Assembly (NCBI RefSeq): GCF_988243305.1
Contig: NZ_OZ547136.1
Strand: one strand, 5' to 3'
Length of the DNA: 64,000 nucleotides
Positions 41,761-51,651 of the stretch are shown here, in pieces (position 1 is the first letter of the stretch; every line of letters starts with the position of its first letter). A program made the translations under genes and the position numbers. The notes under the pieces are model-generated. The model searched no databases and was not told where the DNA came from. It saw only the letters and a list, made by a program, of their open reading frames with translations.

Positions 41761-42981
41761 TTAACCCTGCAACAGACGAATCAACAAAGAACCGTTATAC
41801 ATCGCGTCTTTTACTAGCGCAGCCCCTGCCATCGTACCCTGGTTAGAAAATTGAGTACTCTCAACGCTAATGTGCTGACTATACGCAGGAAGGGCCTGCT
41901 GACGGATGCTGTCCGAGATGACCGGGAAGAGGATATCTGCCGCTTTACTTAACGGTGAGCCAATCAGTATTTTTTGTGGGTTAAATAAATTCACCATGAT
42001 GGCAAGAATGCGCCCGACATGCGCGCCCACCCCGGTAATGATGTCTTTTGCCAGCAGATCGCCGCGCAATGCCGCCTGACACAATGAATCCACGGTTAAC
42101 GGCTGTCCATGTAACATCGAGCTCATGGATTGATTAAGACGCAGCTGCGCCAGCTCAAGAATACTGTCCACACTGGCGATGGTTTCGAGGCAGCCGTGAT
42201 TCCCGCAATAACAGCGTTTCCCATACGGGTCGACCTGCGTGTGACCTATTTCCACGAGGCTACTGCTGCCTGCGTGTAGCAGATGACCATCGGTAATGAC
42301 GCCCGCCCCCACGTTGTGATCGATAACCACCTGAATCACATCGCGCGCCCCGCGTGAGGCACCAAACAAGGCCTCAGCCATCGTCCATGCGCTGATATCA
42401 TGCTGAATATAAACCGGTACGCCGGTATGCTGCTCCAGCGCCTCGCCGAGCGGCATCTCTTTTACATCCTCGTAGAACGGCATGCGATGTACAATACCAT
42501 TTTCCGTATCAATAATTCCCGGCAAGGTAATGGCAATCGAAGTCAGACGCTCAAGTTTTTTCTGGTGGCGGATAAAAAACTGATCGATATGGGAAATGAT
42601 ACGATCCAGCAATGGCGAGTCATCTTTTAACGCCAGTTCCTGCGACTCCTCCACTACCAGTTTGCTGCTCAGATCGCGCAAAGCAAGGAAAATCTCCCCG
42701 CGACTAATGCGCAGAGAAAGATAGTGCCAGGCTTCAGTTTCAACCACCAGCCCCACTGCCGGACGGCCACGGTTCCCCGCTTCTTTGATTTCCAGCTCTT
42801 GCACCAGGTGTGCTTCGAGCATCTCACGGACAATTTTAGTGATACTGGCAGGAGCCAGCTGCGCCAGACGGGAAAGATCGATACGCGAGACTGGACCAAG
42901 CTGATCAATCAGGCGATAAACCGCGCCCGCGTTGGTCTGCTTTATTTGATCAATGTGCCCAGGCTGATTTTCAGCAACCAC
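41761..42981 (-). CDS. mlc: Mlc (DgsA) ROK-family global glucose regulator
   Basis: The 406-aa ORF starts MVAENQPGHIDQIKQTNAGAVYRLIDQLGPVSRIDLSRLAQLAPASITKIVREM.. Confidence 0.95.
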   Translation of the reverse strand: MVAENQPGHIDQIKQTNAGAVYRLIDQLGPVSRIDLSRLAQLAPASITKIVREMLEAHLVQELEIKEAGNRGRPAVGLVVETEAWHYLSLRISRGEIFLALRDLSSKLVVEESQELALKDDSPLLDRIISHIDQFFIRHQKKLERLTSIAITLPGIIDTENGIVHRMPFYEDVKEMPLGEALEQHTGVPVYIQHDISAWTMAEALFGASRGARDVIQVVIDHNVGAGVITDGHLLHAGSSSLVEIGHTQVDPYGKRCYCGNHGCLETIASVDSILELAQLRLNQSMSSMLHGQPLTVDSLCQAALRGDLLAKDIITGVGAHVGRILAIMVNLFNPQKILIGSPLSKAADILFPVISDSIRQQALPAYSQHISVESTQFSNQGTMAGAALVKDAMYNGSLLIRLLQG

Positions 42982-43115
42982 CGCATACTCCCTATATTTT
43001 CGCGCTCCGAAATAATCTGTAGGCTATGGTGAAGCACTTCAATACGTGTCGTCAAATTTTTACTTAGGCATGTGATTAACAGCACATTTTTCGGGCTTTT
43101 TCGCTGAAATTTCCC

Positions 43116-44009
43116 TCACCTGAGAGCATTCAGCAGATGAATACGAAAGTTACGCGCAGCCGGACTTTGTTCATGGTGTTTCGGCCAGACCAACCACATT
43201 TCAGAAACCGCATCCTCTTCAGCAATCGGCACCCAGCGCATTTCGTTGAGCTGAACACGTTTAAATGACGCAGGCAAAATTGAAACACCCAGACCAGCGG
43301 AAACCAGACCGATGATGGTCATTGCCTCACCCACCTCCTGAGTGATGACGGGCGTCAAATTGTAACGTCGCATCAGCCCGAGAATATCGTCATACAGCCC
43401 TGTCCCTACGTGCGGATCAAAAAAGACAAAGGGTTCTTTCGCCAGTTCAGCCAGCGTTACACTCGGATTATTTGCCAGGGGATGATCGTGCGGGATCATC
43501 GCCATAAGCGGTTCATGGACGATGACTGCGTGTTCAAGCGTCTCCGGTAACGCTGTGTTACGCAGCAATCCCATATCCAGCGTTCCTTCAATGAGCGGAG
43601 CGATTTGCTCGCGAGTGTTCATTTCGCGGGTTTGTAAATGGACATCGGGATAATCACGGCGAAACAGCGATAACGTATCGGACACCGCCCGAATAAAAGG
43701 AGCGGACGAAGTAAAACCAATGCGCAACTCCCCCGCTTCACCCTGATGCAGTCTTTCAGCGCGAGCGGCAGCGTCATCCACCATAGACAGGATTTGCCGA
43801 CTATCTGCAAGAAACTGTTTTCCTGCTGCCGTCAGCAATACACTGCGATTAGTTCGTGCCAGCAGTCGGGCACCAATTTGTTGCTCCAGCGCCTGAATCT
43901 GCTGACTTAGCGGCGGTTGCGAAATATTCAGGCGGGCAGCGGCGCGCCCGAAATGCAGCTCTTCTGCAACAGCAACAAAGTAACGCAGATGACGAAGTTC
44001 AATATTCAT
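43116..44009 (-). CDS. ynfL: LysR-family regulator YnfL
   Basis: The 297-aa ORF starts MNIELRHLRYFVAVAEELHFGRAAARLNISQPPLSQQIQALE. It is divergent from ynfM. Confidence 0.9.
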   Translation of the reverse strand: MNIELRHLRYFVAVAEELHFGRAAARLNISQPPLSQQIQALEQQIGARLLARTNRSVLLTAAGKQFLADSRQILSMVDDAAARAERLHQGEAGELRIGFTSSAPFIRAVSDTLSLFRRDYPDVHLQTREMNTREQIAPLIEGTLDMGLLRNTALPETLEHAVIVHEPLMAMIPHDHPLANNPSVTLAELAKEPFVFFDPHVGTGLYDDILGLMRRYNLTPVITQEVGEAMTIIGLVSAGLGVSILPASFKRVQLNEMRWVPIAEEDAVSEMWLVWPKHHEQSPAARNFRIHLLNALR

Positions 44010-44115
44010 ATTTAAAACATCTTATTTGAGATTATTAATATATTAGACAGAACAATTCGATTTTCCTAATCTATTCATAAGCCTGATCCACAGGCATATT
44101 TAGCAAGGATTTCAA

Positions 44116-45369
44116 GTGAGCCGTACTACAACTGTTGATGGCGCTCCGGCAAGCGACACTGACAAGCAAAGCATTTCTCAGCCAAATCAATTTATTAAAC
44201 GCGGTACGCCGCAATTTATGCGCGTCACCCTGGCGCTGTTCTCTGCCGGACTGGCAACCTTCGCACTTCTCTATTGTGTGCAACCTATCCTTCCGGTGCT
44301 TTCGCAGGAGTTTGGCTTAACGCCCGCGAACAGTAGTATTTCACTGTCCATTTCCACGGCGATGTTGGCTATCGGTTTGCTGTTTACTGGCCCGTTATCC
44401 GATGCCATTGGTCGCAAACCAGTGATGGTCACGGCGCTACTGTTGGCCTCCATTTGTACGTTACTTTCGACAATGATGACCAGCTGGCACGGCATTTTGA
44501 TTATGCGCGCCTTGATTGGGCTTTCGTTAAGTGGCGTAGCAGCTGTTGGCATGACTTATCTTAGCGAGGAAATCCACCCCAGTTTCGTGGCCTTTTCGAT
44601 GGGATTGTATATCAGCGGCAACTCAATTGGCGGCATGAGCGGACGCTTAATTAGCGGTGTCTTCACGGACTTTTTCAACTGGCGAATTGCGCTGGCGGCA
44701 ATCGGTTGTTTCGCGCTGGCCTCGGCGTTAATGTTCTGGAAAATCCTCCCTGAATCACGCCATTTTCGCCCGACTTCGCTGCGACCTAAGACGTTGTTTA
44801 TCAACTTTCGTCTGCACTGGCGTGACCGGGGATTACCGTTATTGTTCGCAGAAGGCTTTTTGCTGATGGGGTCGTTCGTCACGCTGTTTAATTACATCGG
44901 CTATCGGTTGATGCTCTCCCCCTGGCATGTCAGCCAGGCCGTGGTTGGCTTATTATCGCTGGCTTATTTGACCGGTACATGGAGCTCACCCAAAGCCGGA
45001 ACCATGACCACCCGCTATGGGCGCGGTCCGGTGATGTTGTTTTCGACGGGGGTTATGCTGTTTGGTTTACTGATGACCTTATTTAGCTCGCTGTGGCTGA
45101 TCTTTGCCGGAATGTTACTCTTCTCAGCCGGATTCTTCGCAGCCCACTCAGTAGCCAGCAGCTGGATCGGCCCCCGCGCAAAACGCGCTAAAGGCCAGGC
45201 CTCCTCGCTGTATCTGTTCAGTTACTATCTGGGGTCGAGTATTGCCGGGACGCTGGGTGGTGTTTTCTGGCATAACTATGGCTGGAACGGCGTCGGCACA
45301 TTTATTGCTCTGATGCTGGTCATTGCTCTGCTGGTCGGGACGCGTTTGCATCGTCGTCTGCACGCCTGA
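44116..45369 (+). CDS. ynfM: MFS transporter YnfM
   Basis: The 417-aa ORF is supported by synteny and by its hydrophobic 12-TM pattern. Confidence 0.9.
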   Translation: MSRTTTVDGAPASDTDKQSISQPNQFIKRGTPQFMRVTLALFSAGLATFALLYCVQPILPVLSQEFGLTPANSSISLSISTAMLAIGLLFTGPLSDAIGRKPVMVTALLLASICTLLSTMMTSWHGILIMRALIGLSLSGVAAVGMTYLSEEIHPSFVAFSMGLYISGNSIGGMSGRLISGVFTDFFNWRIALAAIGCFALASALMFWKILPESRHFRPTSLRPKTLFINFRLHWRDRGLPLLFAEGFLLMGSFVTLFNYIGYRLMLSPWHVSQAVVGLLSLAYLTGTWSSPKAGTMTTRYGRGPVMLFSTGVMLFGLLMTLFSSLWLIFAGMLLFSAGFFAAHSVASSWIGPRAKRAKGQASSLYLFSYYLGSSIAGTLGGVFWHNYGWNGVGTFIALMLVIALLVGTRLHRRLHA

Positions 45370-45792
45370 AAAATAAGTCCGGACTGCGGTAAATACCCAT
45401 CCGGACTTATTGCCTGCTCAAACCAACGTTAATAGCCATCCTAAAATAGACGAAGCGCCAGCCAATTCCCGCAGCGCATCTAGTGTCATCAGGATTATAA
45501 GTACCCAAATAAACGGATTCATTTTGCTGTGTGTCATTTATTACTGATGCGCAGTTATTCTACCGCTTTGTAAGTAGTAAAATAGTTAACCCGATCAAGA
45601 CTACTATTATTGGTAGCTAAATTTCCCTTAAGTCACAATACGTTATTATCAACGCTGTAATTTATTCAGCGTTTGTACATATCGTTACACGCTGAAACCA
45701 ACCACTCACGGAAGTCTGCCATTCCCAGGGATATAGTTATTTCAACGGCCCCGCAGTGGGGTTAAATGAAAAAACAAATTGAGGGTATGACA

Positions 45793-46101
45793 ATGAAAAA
45801 AGTATTAGCTCTGGTTGTTGCCGCTGCTATGGGTCTGTCTTCTGCTGCCTTTGCTGCAGAGACTGCGACCACACCTGCTCCGACTGCGACGACCACCAAA
45901 GCAGCGCCGGCGAAAACCACACATCATAAAAAACAGCATAAAGCAGCACCTGCCCAGAAAGCGCAGGCGGCTAAAAAGCATCATAAAAATGCCAAAGCTG
46001 AACAGAAAGCTCCTGAACAAAAAGCGCAGGCAGCGAAGAAACACGCCAAGAAACACAGCCATCAGCAACCGGCAAAACCTGCTGCACAACCCGCAGCGTA
46101 A
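45793..46101 (+). CDS. asr: Acid shock protein Asr
   Basis: I trimmed the start to [50 protein letters not shown].. (102 aa). The protein is K/A/H-rich and repetitive. Confidence 0.95.
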   Translation: MKKVLALVVAAAMGLSSAAFAAETATTPAPTATTTKAAPAKTTHHKKQHKAAPAQKAQAAKKHHKNAKAEQKAPEQKAQAAKKHAKKHSHQQPAKPAAQPAA

Positions 46102-46193
46102 GTTATCAATAGTAATGCTGGCGCGCCCCCTCGCGCCTGAAAATTACGGTGCTAAGCGGATAACGTTTAGCACCGCCTTTAGCGGAGGGTAGT

Positions 46194-46277
46194 ATGGTGG
46201 GCCGTTATCGCTTTGAGTTCATTCTTATCATCCTTATTTTATGCGCACTGATTGCCGCCCGTTTTTATCTTTCCTGA
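46194..46277 (+). CDS. ydgU: Small membrane protein YdgU
   Basis: I translated it by hand: MVGRYRFEFILIILILCALIAARFYLS (27 aa). Confidence 0.8.
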   Translation: MVGRYRFEFILIILILCALIAARFYLS

Positions 46278-46376
46278 TCGTAGTTATCTGATTTTACTCC
46301 CACTTTCATCCCGTCCCGTCTATAGTATTTATGAGGGTTTGCTTTTAATAATCATAATTACCCACCAGAGTGTGAT

Positions 46377-47198
46377 ATGCGTACAACCATTGCTGTAGTG
46401 TTGGGTGCAATTAGTTTGACGTCTGCTTTTGTGTTTGCAGATAAACCAGACGTTGCCAAATCGGCAAACGATGAGGTCAGCACCCTGTTTTTTGGTCATG
46501 ATGATCGTGTGCCAGTGAATGACACGACCCAATCACCGTGGGATGCGGTTGGCCAACTGGAAACGGCCAGCGGCAATTTATGTACGGCGACGCTGATTGC
46601 ACCCAATCTGGCATTAACGGCAGGACACTGTTTATTGACGCCGCCAAAGGGTAAAGCCGATAAAGCGGTAGCGCTGCGTTTCGTGTCAAATAAAGGTCTT
46701 TGGCGCTATGAGATCCACGACATAGAAGGCCGCGTTGATCCGACACTGGGAAAGCGGTTAAAAGCAGATGGGGATGGTTGGATTGTTCCTCCCGCAGCTG
46801 CGCCGTGGGACTTCGGTTTGATTGTGCTACGTAATCCCCCTTCTGGCATTACACCGTTGCCGTTATTTGAGGGAGATAAAGCCGCGCTTACCGCCGCATT
46901 AAAATCGGCTGGCCGTAAAGTGACTCAGGCAGGATACCCTGAAGATCATCTCGATACGTTGTACAGTCATCAAAACTGTGAAGTGACTGGCTGGGCGCAA
47001 ACGTCGGTGATGTCACATCAGTGCGATACCTTGCCGGGTGACAGCGGTTCGCCTCTGATGTTGCATACCAATGACGGCTGGCAATTAATTGGGGTGCAAA
47101 GTTCGGCTCCTGCCGCGAAAGATCGCTGGCGCGCCGATAACCGGGCCATTTCTGTTACCGGTTTTCGCGACAAGCTGGATCAACTGTCGCAAAAATAA
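46377..47198 (+). CDS. ydgD: Trypsin-like serine peptidase YdgD
   Basis: The 273-aa ORF has a signal peptide and the TAGHC ... GDSGSPL catalytic motifs. Confidence 0.9.
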   Translation: MRTTIAVVLGAISLTSAFVFADKPDVAKSANDEVSTLFFGHDDRVPVNDTTQSPWDAVGQLETASGNLCTATLIAPNLALTAGHCLLTPPKGKADKAVALRFVSNKGLWRYEIHDIEGRVDPTLGKRLKADGDGWIVPPAAAPWDFGLIVLRNPPSGITPLPLFEGDKAALTAALKSAGRKVTQAGYPEDHLDTLYSHQNCEVTGWAQTSVMSHQCDTLPGDSGSPLMLHTNDGWQLIGVQSSAPAAKDRWRADNRAISVTGFRDKLDQLSQK

Positions 47199-47236
47199 TG
47201 TTCAAACGCTGCCCGACAGTGCGGGCAGCGTGTTCA

Positions 47237-47566
47237 TCAGGCAAGTTTCACCATGATCATTCCAGCCAACAGCAAGACCAGGCCAATCCAGCCTTTACGA
47301 TTTAACCGTTGACCAAACAAGATCCAACCTGCGGCTAACGTGGCGGCAATACCAAACCCGCCCCACAATGCATAAGCGACAGACAAGTCGATCCCTTTAA
47401 CGGCCTGAGAAAGCGCACTAAAGGCAGCCAGCACCGCCGCCAGGGAGAGCAAGCCAAATATTTTGCGACGAAAGCCGTCAGAAAATTTCAAAAAAACGTT
47501 AGCAACGATTTCCAGCACGATTGCCAATGCCAGCCAGGCGGCGTGAACCCATTCAAACTGCGCCAT
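47237..47566 (-). CDS. mdtI: SMR spermidine exporter subunit MdtI
   Basis: The 109-aa, 4-TM ORF starts [32 protein letters not shown].. Confidence 0.95.
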
Positions 47567-47918
47567 GGTTCACCTCCAGTTCAGGTTTACGCGCTTTACG
47601 GGTACCTGATTTGATCAATACAATCCCGGCCACCAGGGTGGTTAACCCGGCAATTTTCATCAGCGATAAACTTTCGTCGAATAACAAAACGCTAAACAAG
47701 GTAATAAATAAAATACCGATACCTTCCCACAGCGCATAAGCCACGCCTAAGGCGATTTTTTTAACGGCGAAAGAGAGAAATATATACGACAGAGAAATCA
47801 TCACCAGCATTAAAATAAAGCCGCCATTTCCCTCACTGACGCTCGCCCATTTCATTGACAGCGTACCGGTAATTTCCGTAGCAATAGCCAGGCCTAATAA
47901 AATCCAATAAATATACAT
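47553..47918 (-). CDS. mdtJ: SMR spermidine exporter subunit MdtJ
   Basis: The 121-aa ORF starts [30 protein letters not shown].. and overlaps mdtI. Confidence 0.95.
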
Positions 47919-48329
47919 TGTCCTTCTCCTGCAAGAGAATTATTTTAATTTTCGCTTATTTCAGCGAAACCAAAGTAAAGTGGTCAAGCCCCGCGCATAG
48001 CGCAAGCTTAGGCAGAAGAAAGGACTAAAGCGCGTTGCGCCAGTGCTGCTCACCTACGAGCAAGATAGTGGATGAGGTACGAAGATGGGTAAATGTAGAA
48101 AATAACGTCCTGAACAAATTGTCCATAATATTACAATTATCCGCAGTGTTGCTTCTCGTCATCGCGGATGATAATTGTCCTCGGTAGTTGAACACGCCTG
48201 ATTTGTATCATAGCTTAAGAATTAACTCAAAATATTTTCACTTCTTTACCTGAGCAGTTTGATTTTCGTTATGATGACGGAGCGAAAAAGACATTATTAT
48301 TAGCAAAGGAAGAAAAAACGGGGACAAGC

Positions 48330-48466
48330 ATGGCAAAGCCGATCATCACGCTCAATGGCCTAAAAATCGTCATTATGTTGGGAATGCTGGTCATTATTCT
48401 CTGCGGTATCCGTTTTGCCGCCGAGATCATCGTGCCGTTTATTCTCGCATTATTTATTGCTGTTAT
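48330..48466 (+). pseudogene. tqsA: tqsA (ydgG) 5' fragment, codons 1-45, interrupted by the satellite
   Basis: It encodes [46 protein letters not shown], then runs into element sequence (YNLFHITR-stop). Confidence 0.9.
48458..48466. repeat. attL core / target duplication TGCTGTTAT
   Basis: An identical 9-mer occurs at 63787-63795. The tqsA sequence is continuous if one copy plus the insert is removed. Confidence 0.85.
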
Positions 48467-48540
48467 ATATAACTTATTTCACATAACACGTTGATTTAAT
48501 TAAATAATTTTCACCGCAAAAAGTGCCAAAAATCGCAAAA

Positions 48541-48599
48541 TGACTACACCAGTGACTACACCGTTCGGTGCACTGTATGAAACAACGTGGAACAAATAG
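48541..48599. repeat. Left-arm repeat block: TGACTACACC-AGTGACTACACC followed by ..GAAACAACGTGGAACAA
   Basis: It is homologous, in direct orientation, to the block at 63636-63705 just inside the other end. These are likely integrase arm-type sites. Confidence 0.7.
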
Positions 48600-48825
48600 A
48601 CACAAGAAATATACAGGCGGATCATCTTTCCAGGGGGAAGCGCACCAATTCATGAGGGGCGTTAATGTCGATATGGGGATCCCCACCTACCGGAATTTTT
48701 TTCCGGTTAAACGTTAATCAGGCTGGTGGGCTTTACCTGTTCGGTAGGTGTTATGATTATCGTAATACCTTTCCCCCAATGGGGTAAAAGCATCAACCGT
48801 AACGAAAGTCGTTATGGTTGCCACT

Positions 48826-48899
48826 GATACCCCAAATTTGGGTATCACGAGTAAGACCCAAAATCTGGGTGTTACTCTTACTACCCAAACTACGGGTAG
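48826..48899. repeat. Three inverted repeats at a 27-bp period (GATACCCCAAATTTGGGTATC / ACCCAAAATCTGGGT / CTACCCAAACTACGGGTAG)
   Basis: I read them directly. The centres are at about 48836, 48863 and 48890. Confidence 0.85.
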
Positions 48900-48918
48900 T
48901 TTCCGTAGTTTCATGGTC

Positions 48919-48938
48919 GAGTTGCAGATCTGCAACTC
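48919..48938. repeat. Perfect 20-bp palindrome GAGTTGCAGATCTGCAACTC
   Basis: I read it directly. The reverse complement of the first 10 nt equals the last 10 nt. Confidence 0.95.
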
Positions 48939-49231
48939 CCCCATTAACCACAGGCGAATTTCCGCCTTCGGTCATTCCTTAATCATCTGCGTAATCATAA
49001 TGATTATTCAGCAAGCGCAATTTTGCACTTTGCTTAAAGTTCAGCGAGTTACCGCGCCGACTTCCTCAAATTGAGGTTTCCGAAAATATCAGCGGGTTAG
49101 CGATTAAGCTGATCATTAATTAAACTGCGAAAATTTCGTAGTTTGTGACTGTCTTTCAGGCAGCTTGTTAACAGTCCTCAGAAGCGAGGGATGTAGCCAC
49201 CCATTTTTGGTCCGTCGGGAATATCAACCAG

Positions 49232-49513
49232 TTACCGCCGCAACCGCTCCGGCTTCTTCCAGTGGTACGTTATTTTCTCCTTCTCCCGATACATCTCCAC
49301 GCGGCGACGGTAGGCCAGCAACTCAAGAACTCTGGTTCGTATGTTGCGCATATCCACGCCATTAAGTTCTATACCATCACGGCGCATCACCTCAGCAACA
49401 ACACGCGCATAGTTTTCGGCTGTCACGCTGTCCGGCTGCGTGGCCTGTTCGTCAGCCTGCTGGCTGATTCCGGCAACGCGGCGGATTAATCCCGTTATTT
49501 CGGCTTCTGTCAT
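49232..49513 (-). CDS. Hypothetical protein (93 aa) downstream of terL
   Basis: The ORF MTEAEITGLIRRVAGISQQADEQ.. is tightly spaced after terL. I recognise no family. Confidence 0.5.
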   Translation of the reverse strand: MTEAEITGLIRRVAGISQQADEQATQPDSVTAENYARVVAEVMRRDGIELNGVDMRNIRTRVLELLAYRRRVEMYREKEKITYHWKKPERLRR

Positions 49514-49526
49514 GCTGCTGACCTCA

Positions 49527-51188
49527 TTACACCCCGCTAAATTCTTCCAGTTTCTGGCGGTGGCTGTCGCTTATATCAAAAGCAAAATCCTCATGCTCTG
49601 CCTGGAATGTACCAAACGCCATCAGCGCCGCCACGCTCGGGTCTATCTTGTTCGGTGATTTTTTCTTGTTCGGCTTGATATTGGCGTTCGCGTCACTCTG
49701 CATCACGACGTTACTCATCGACCAGGACAACACCGGATCGCCACGATGCACAATCACCCTGCGGTTAACAAAAACTTCGAACGATTTCGCCGCCGGACTG
49801 AATCTGAGGTAGGTTTGCGGGAACGGCTCCACCTCAAAACCTGCCCCCTGTAATTGCGTTCTGAGATGCGTGGCGTTCCACGTATCAAAGCCCACCAGCC
49901 TGATATTAAATTTCTCCGCGTCCTGCATGATGTCATCTCTGATCCGGTCGTAATCAATGCAGTCGCCAGGCGTTGTGCGTATCCAGCCTGCTTTAGCCCA
50001 CTGACGATAGATGGCGCGGTTTTTATTGGCGGGGTTCTGTAGCTGAAATTCCGGCAGATAGTGACGGGAAACCAGCATAATGGTTTTACCGACCGGAAAG
50101 GCATAGCACACGCTGGAAATATCGCTGGTTGATGATAAGTCCAGCCCCGCGTAACACTCCTGGCCGTGTAAATCTTCCTCCGTGAACGTTCCGGCACACT
50201 CAGCCCATGCGCCGTTACCCATCCACGGGGTAGCCCCCAGGCACCAGATATTAAATCGCTTTGTCATCATCTCCACCCACTGCGACGGAATACCCCGCGC
50301 TTTCTGGATGGTTGAGGCCAGTTTTTCACGATCCACGGAAACATCAATATTAGGGTTCGCCTTTATCCACATCGCCGGATCATCAACCTCGTTTTCGTCG
50401 TCCAGTTCGTAAATCAGTACAAAAATTGAATCGTTGACCTCTTCGCCGTCCAGGATCTGGCAGCAATAATCATAGTGCTGCTTACAGGCTGAAACGACGT
50501 TACTGCCTGATGTGGTAATAGCAAATAACAGCCCTTCGGGACGTGCGCCCATCCCCAGCTCAAGCGCGGAATAAACGCCGTTATCGGGGTGCAAGTGGTA
50601 TTCGTCCACGATGGAAAGGCTGGGGTTTGTTCCCTCGATGGTTGCCGCTTTTGCTGCCAGCGGCTTTAACAGGCTGTTGCTTTTCGGGTGTATCACCTTA
50701 TGCGCCTGAATATTCACCCGCCTGCGTAACGGTCGGGATAAAAGGCACATCTGACGCGCATCATCAAAGACGATCCGCGCCTGGTCACGGCTCACCGCTG
50801 CGGTGTAAATATCCTGCTGACCGTTCTCCATAATCAGAAACCAGTTAGCCAGAATCGCGGCGGTCGTGGATTTCGCATTTTTGCGCGGCACTTCGATAAA
50901 GGCGCTCGTGTATTTGCGCCGTCCGGTGGCCTTAACCTTAAAGCCGAGGATGCACGCAAAGGCGAACTGCTGCCACGGCTCCAGCTCAATGGGTCTGCCA
51001 CGCATCGGCCCTTTTACGTGCGGGCACACCCTGGAAAAGGCAATAAACCGCTCCACAACCTCACGATCGAACGTGTAAAGGGGGCTTTCAAGGTCCGAAA
51101 AGTACCGTTTAACGGCCTGTTTCAGCCGTTTACAGGCCGGAATTTTGCCCGTTTTTACGTCTTCTGCGTACTTATTCCAGGCGGTCAA
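49527..51188 (-). CDS. terL: Terminase large subunit
   Basis: The 553-aa ORF has an ATPase region (..EVPRKNAKSTTAAILANWF..) and a nuclease C-terminus. It overlaps terS. Confidence 0.9.
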   Translation of the reverse strand: MTAWNKYAEDVKTGKIPACKRLKQAVKRYFSDLESPLYTFDREVVERFIAFSRVCPHVKGPMRGRPIELEPWQQFAFACILGFKVKATGRRKYTSAFIEVPRKNAKSTTAAILANWFLIMENGQQDIYTAAVSRDQARIVFDDARQMCLLSRPLRRRVNIQAHKVIHPKSNSLLKPLAAKAATIEGTNPSLSIVDEYHLHPDNGVYSALELGMGARPEGLLFAITTSGSNVVSACKQHYDYCCQILDGEEVNDSIFVLIYELDDENEVDDPAMWIKANPNIDVSVDREKLASTIQKARGIPSQWVEMMTKRFNIWCLGATPWMGNGAWAECAGTFTEEDLHGQECYAGLDLSSTSDISSVCYAFPVGKTIMLVSRHYLPEFQLQNPANKNRAIYRQWAKAGWIRTTPGDCIDYDRIRDDIMQDAEKFNIRLVGFDTWNATHLRTQLQGAGFEVEPFPQTYLRFSPAAKSFEVFVNRRVIVHRGDPVLSWSMSNVVMQSDANANIKPNKKKSPNKIDPSVAALMAFGTFQAEHEDFAFDISDSHRQKLEEFSGV

Positions 51189-51528
51189 GCTCGTCCTCTT
51201 CTTCTGTTTCCGGTGGATTTTTACGGCGGCTTATCGGGTCAAAACCGAGCAAGGAGGCCATTTTTATCATCACCCTTTCAGCGTCGGATTTTGCGCTTAA
51301 TGCGGGGTTTCTGCTCTCGCCGCCCTGACTGTTAACAATGCTGAACCCGCGCGCCGCAAGGTCTGCAACGGCTTTCCGGTAAATGGAGTAGTTGACACAA
51401 TACAGTTCCAGATTGCTCCAGTCGGCGGGGGTCAGGTCTCCCCGTTCCGCAAGCTGCCGCGATTTTTCCCGCCACTGCTTCACGGCGATGTCATCCAGGT
51501 AGGCGGGGGCTTTCGGTGGTCTTGCCAT
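51172..51528 (-). CDS. terS: Terminase small subunit (P27 family)
   Basis: The 118-aa ORF MARPPKAPAYLDDIAVKQWREKSRQLAERGDLTPADWSNLELYCVNYSIYRKA.. has the typical P27-type TerS pattern. Confidence 0.85.
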   Translation of the reverse strand: MARPPKAPAYLDDIAVKQWREKSRQLAERGDLTPADWSNLELYCVNYSIYRKAVADLAARGFSIVNSQGGESRNPALSAKSDAERVMIKMASLLGFDPISRRKNPPETEEEDELDRLE

Positions 51529-51651
51529 ACTTATTTTTTCGCCAGATTATTTTTCAAAAAATTCCCGTGCATAAAAATTTGAGGAGGCGTTCGGTGCCCG
51601 GCGGGGTCGGGTTTGTCCTGAAAACGCCCCCCACCCCGTCATACAGCCTCA
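51529..51651. other. Candidate cos region between the HNH module and terS
   Basis: A non-coding gap has AT-rich flanks around the GC-rich block GGTGCCCGGCGGGGTCGGGTTTGTCCTGAAAACGCCCCCCACCCCG. Its position is analogous to cos in HNH-dependent HK97-like packaging systems. Confidence 0.35.

Noticed and set aside
45805-46192. Antisense and alternative-frame ORFs over asr (94 aa and 125 aa, K/R-rich)
   Set aside because: These are shadow ORFs created by the repetitive Lys/Ala/His-rich asr coding sequence. The asr frame has the signal peptide and matches the known protein.
48826-48899. Possible CRISPR-like array (regularly spaced short palindromic repeats)
   Set aside because: There are only three degenerate units with a 27-bp period, no spacer-sized unique segments and no cas genes in the window. 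This is not a CRISPR array.
48474-49074. Three overlapping ORFs at the satellite left end (48474-48686 minus, 48714-48975 minus, 48814-49074 plus)
   Set aside because: They are mutually exclusive frames over the inverted-repeat array. They have no or badly spaced SDs, and their sequence periodicity simply mirrors the 27-bp DNA repeats. I treated the region as non-coding.
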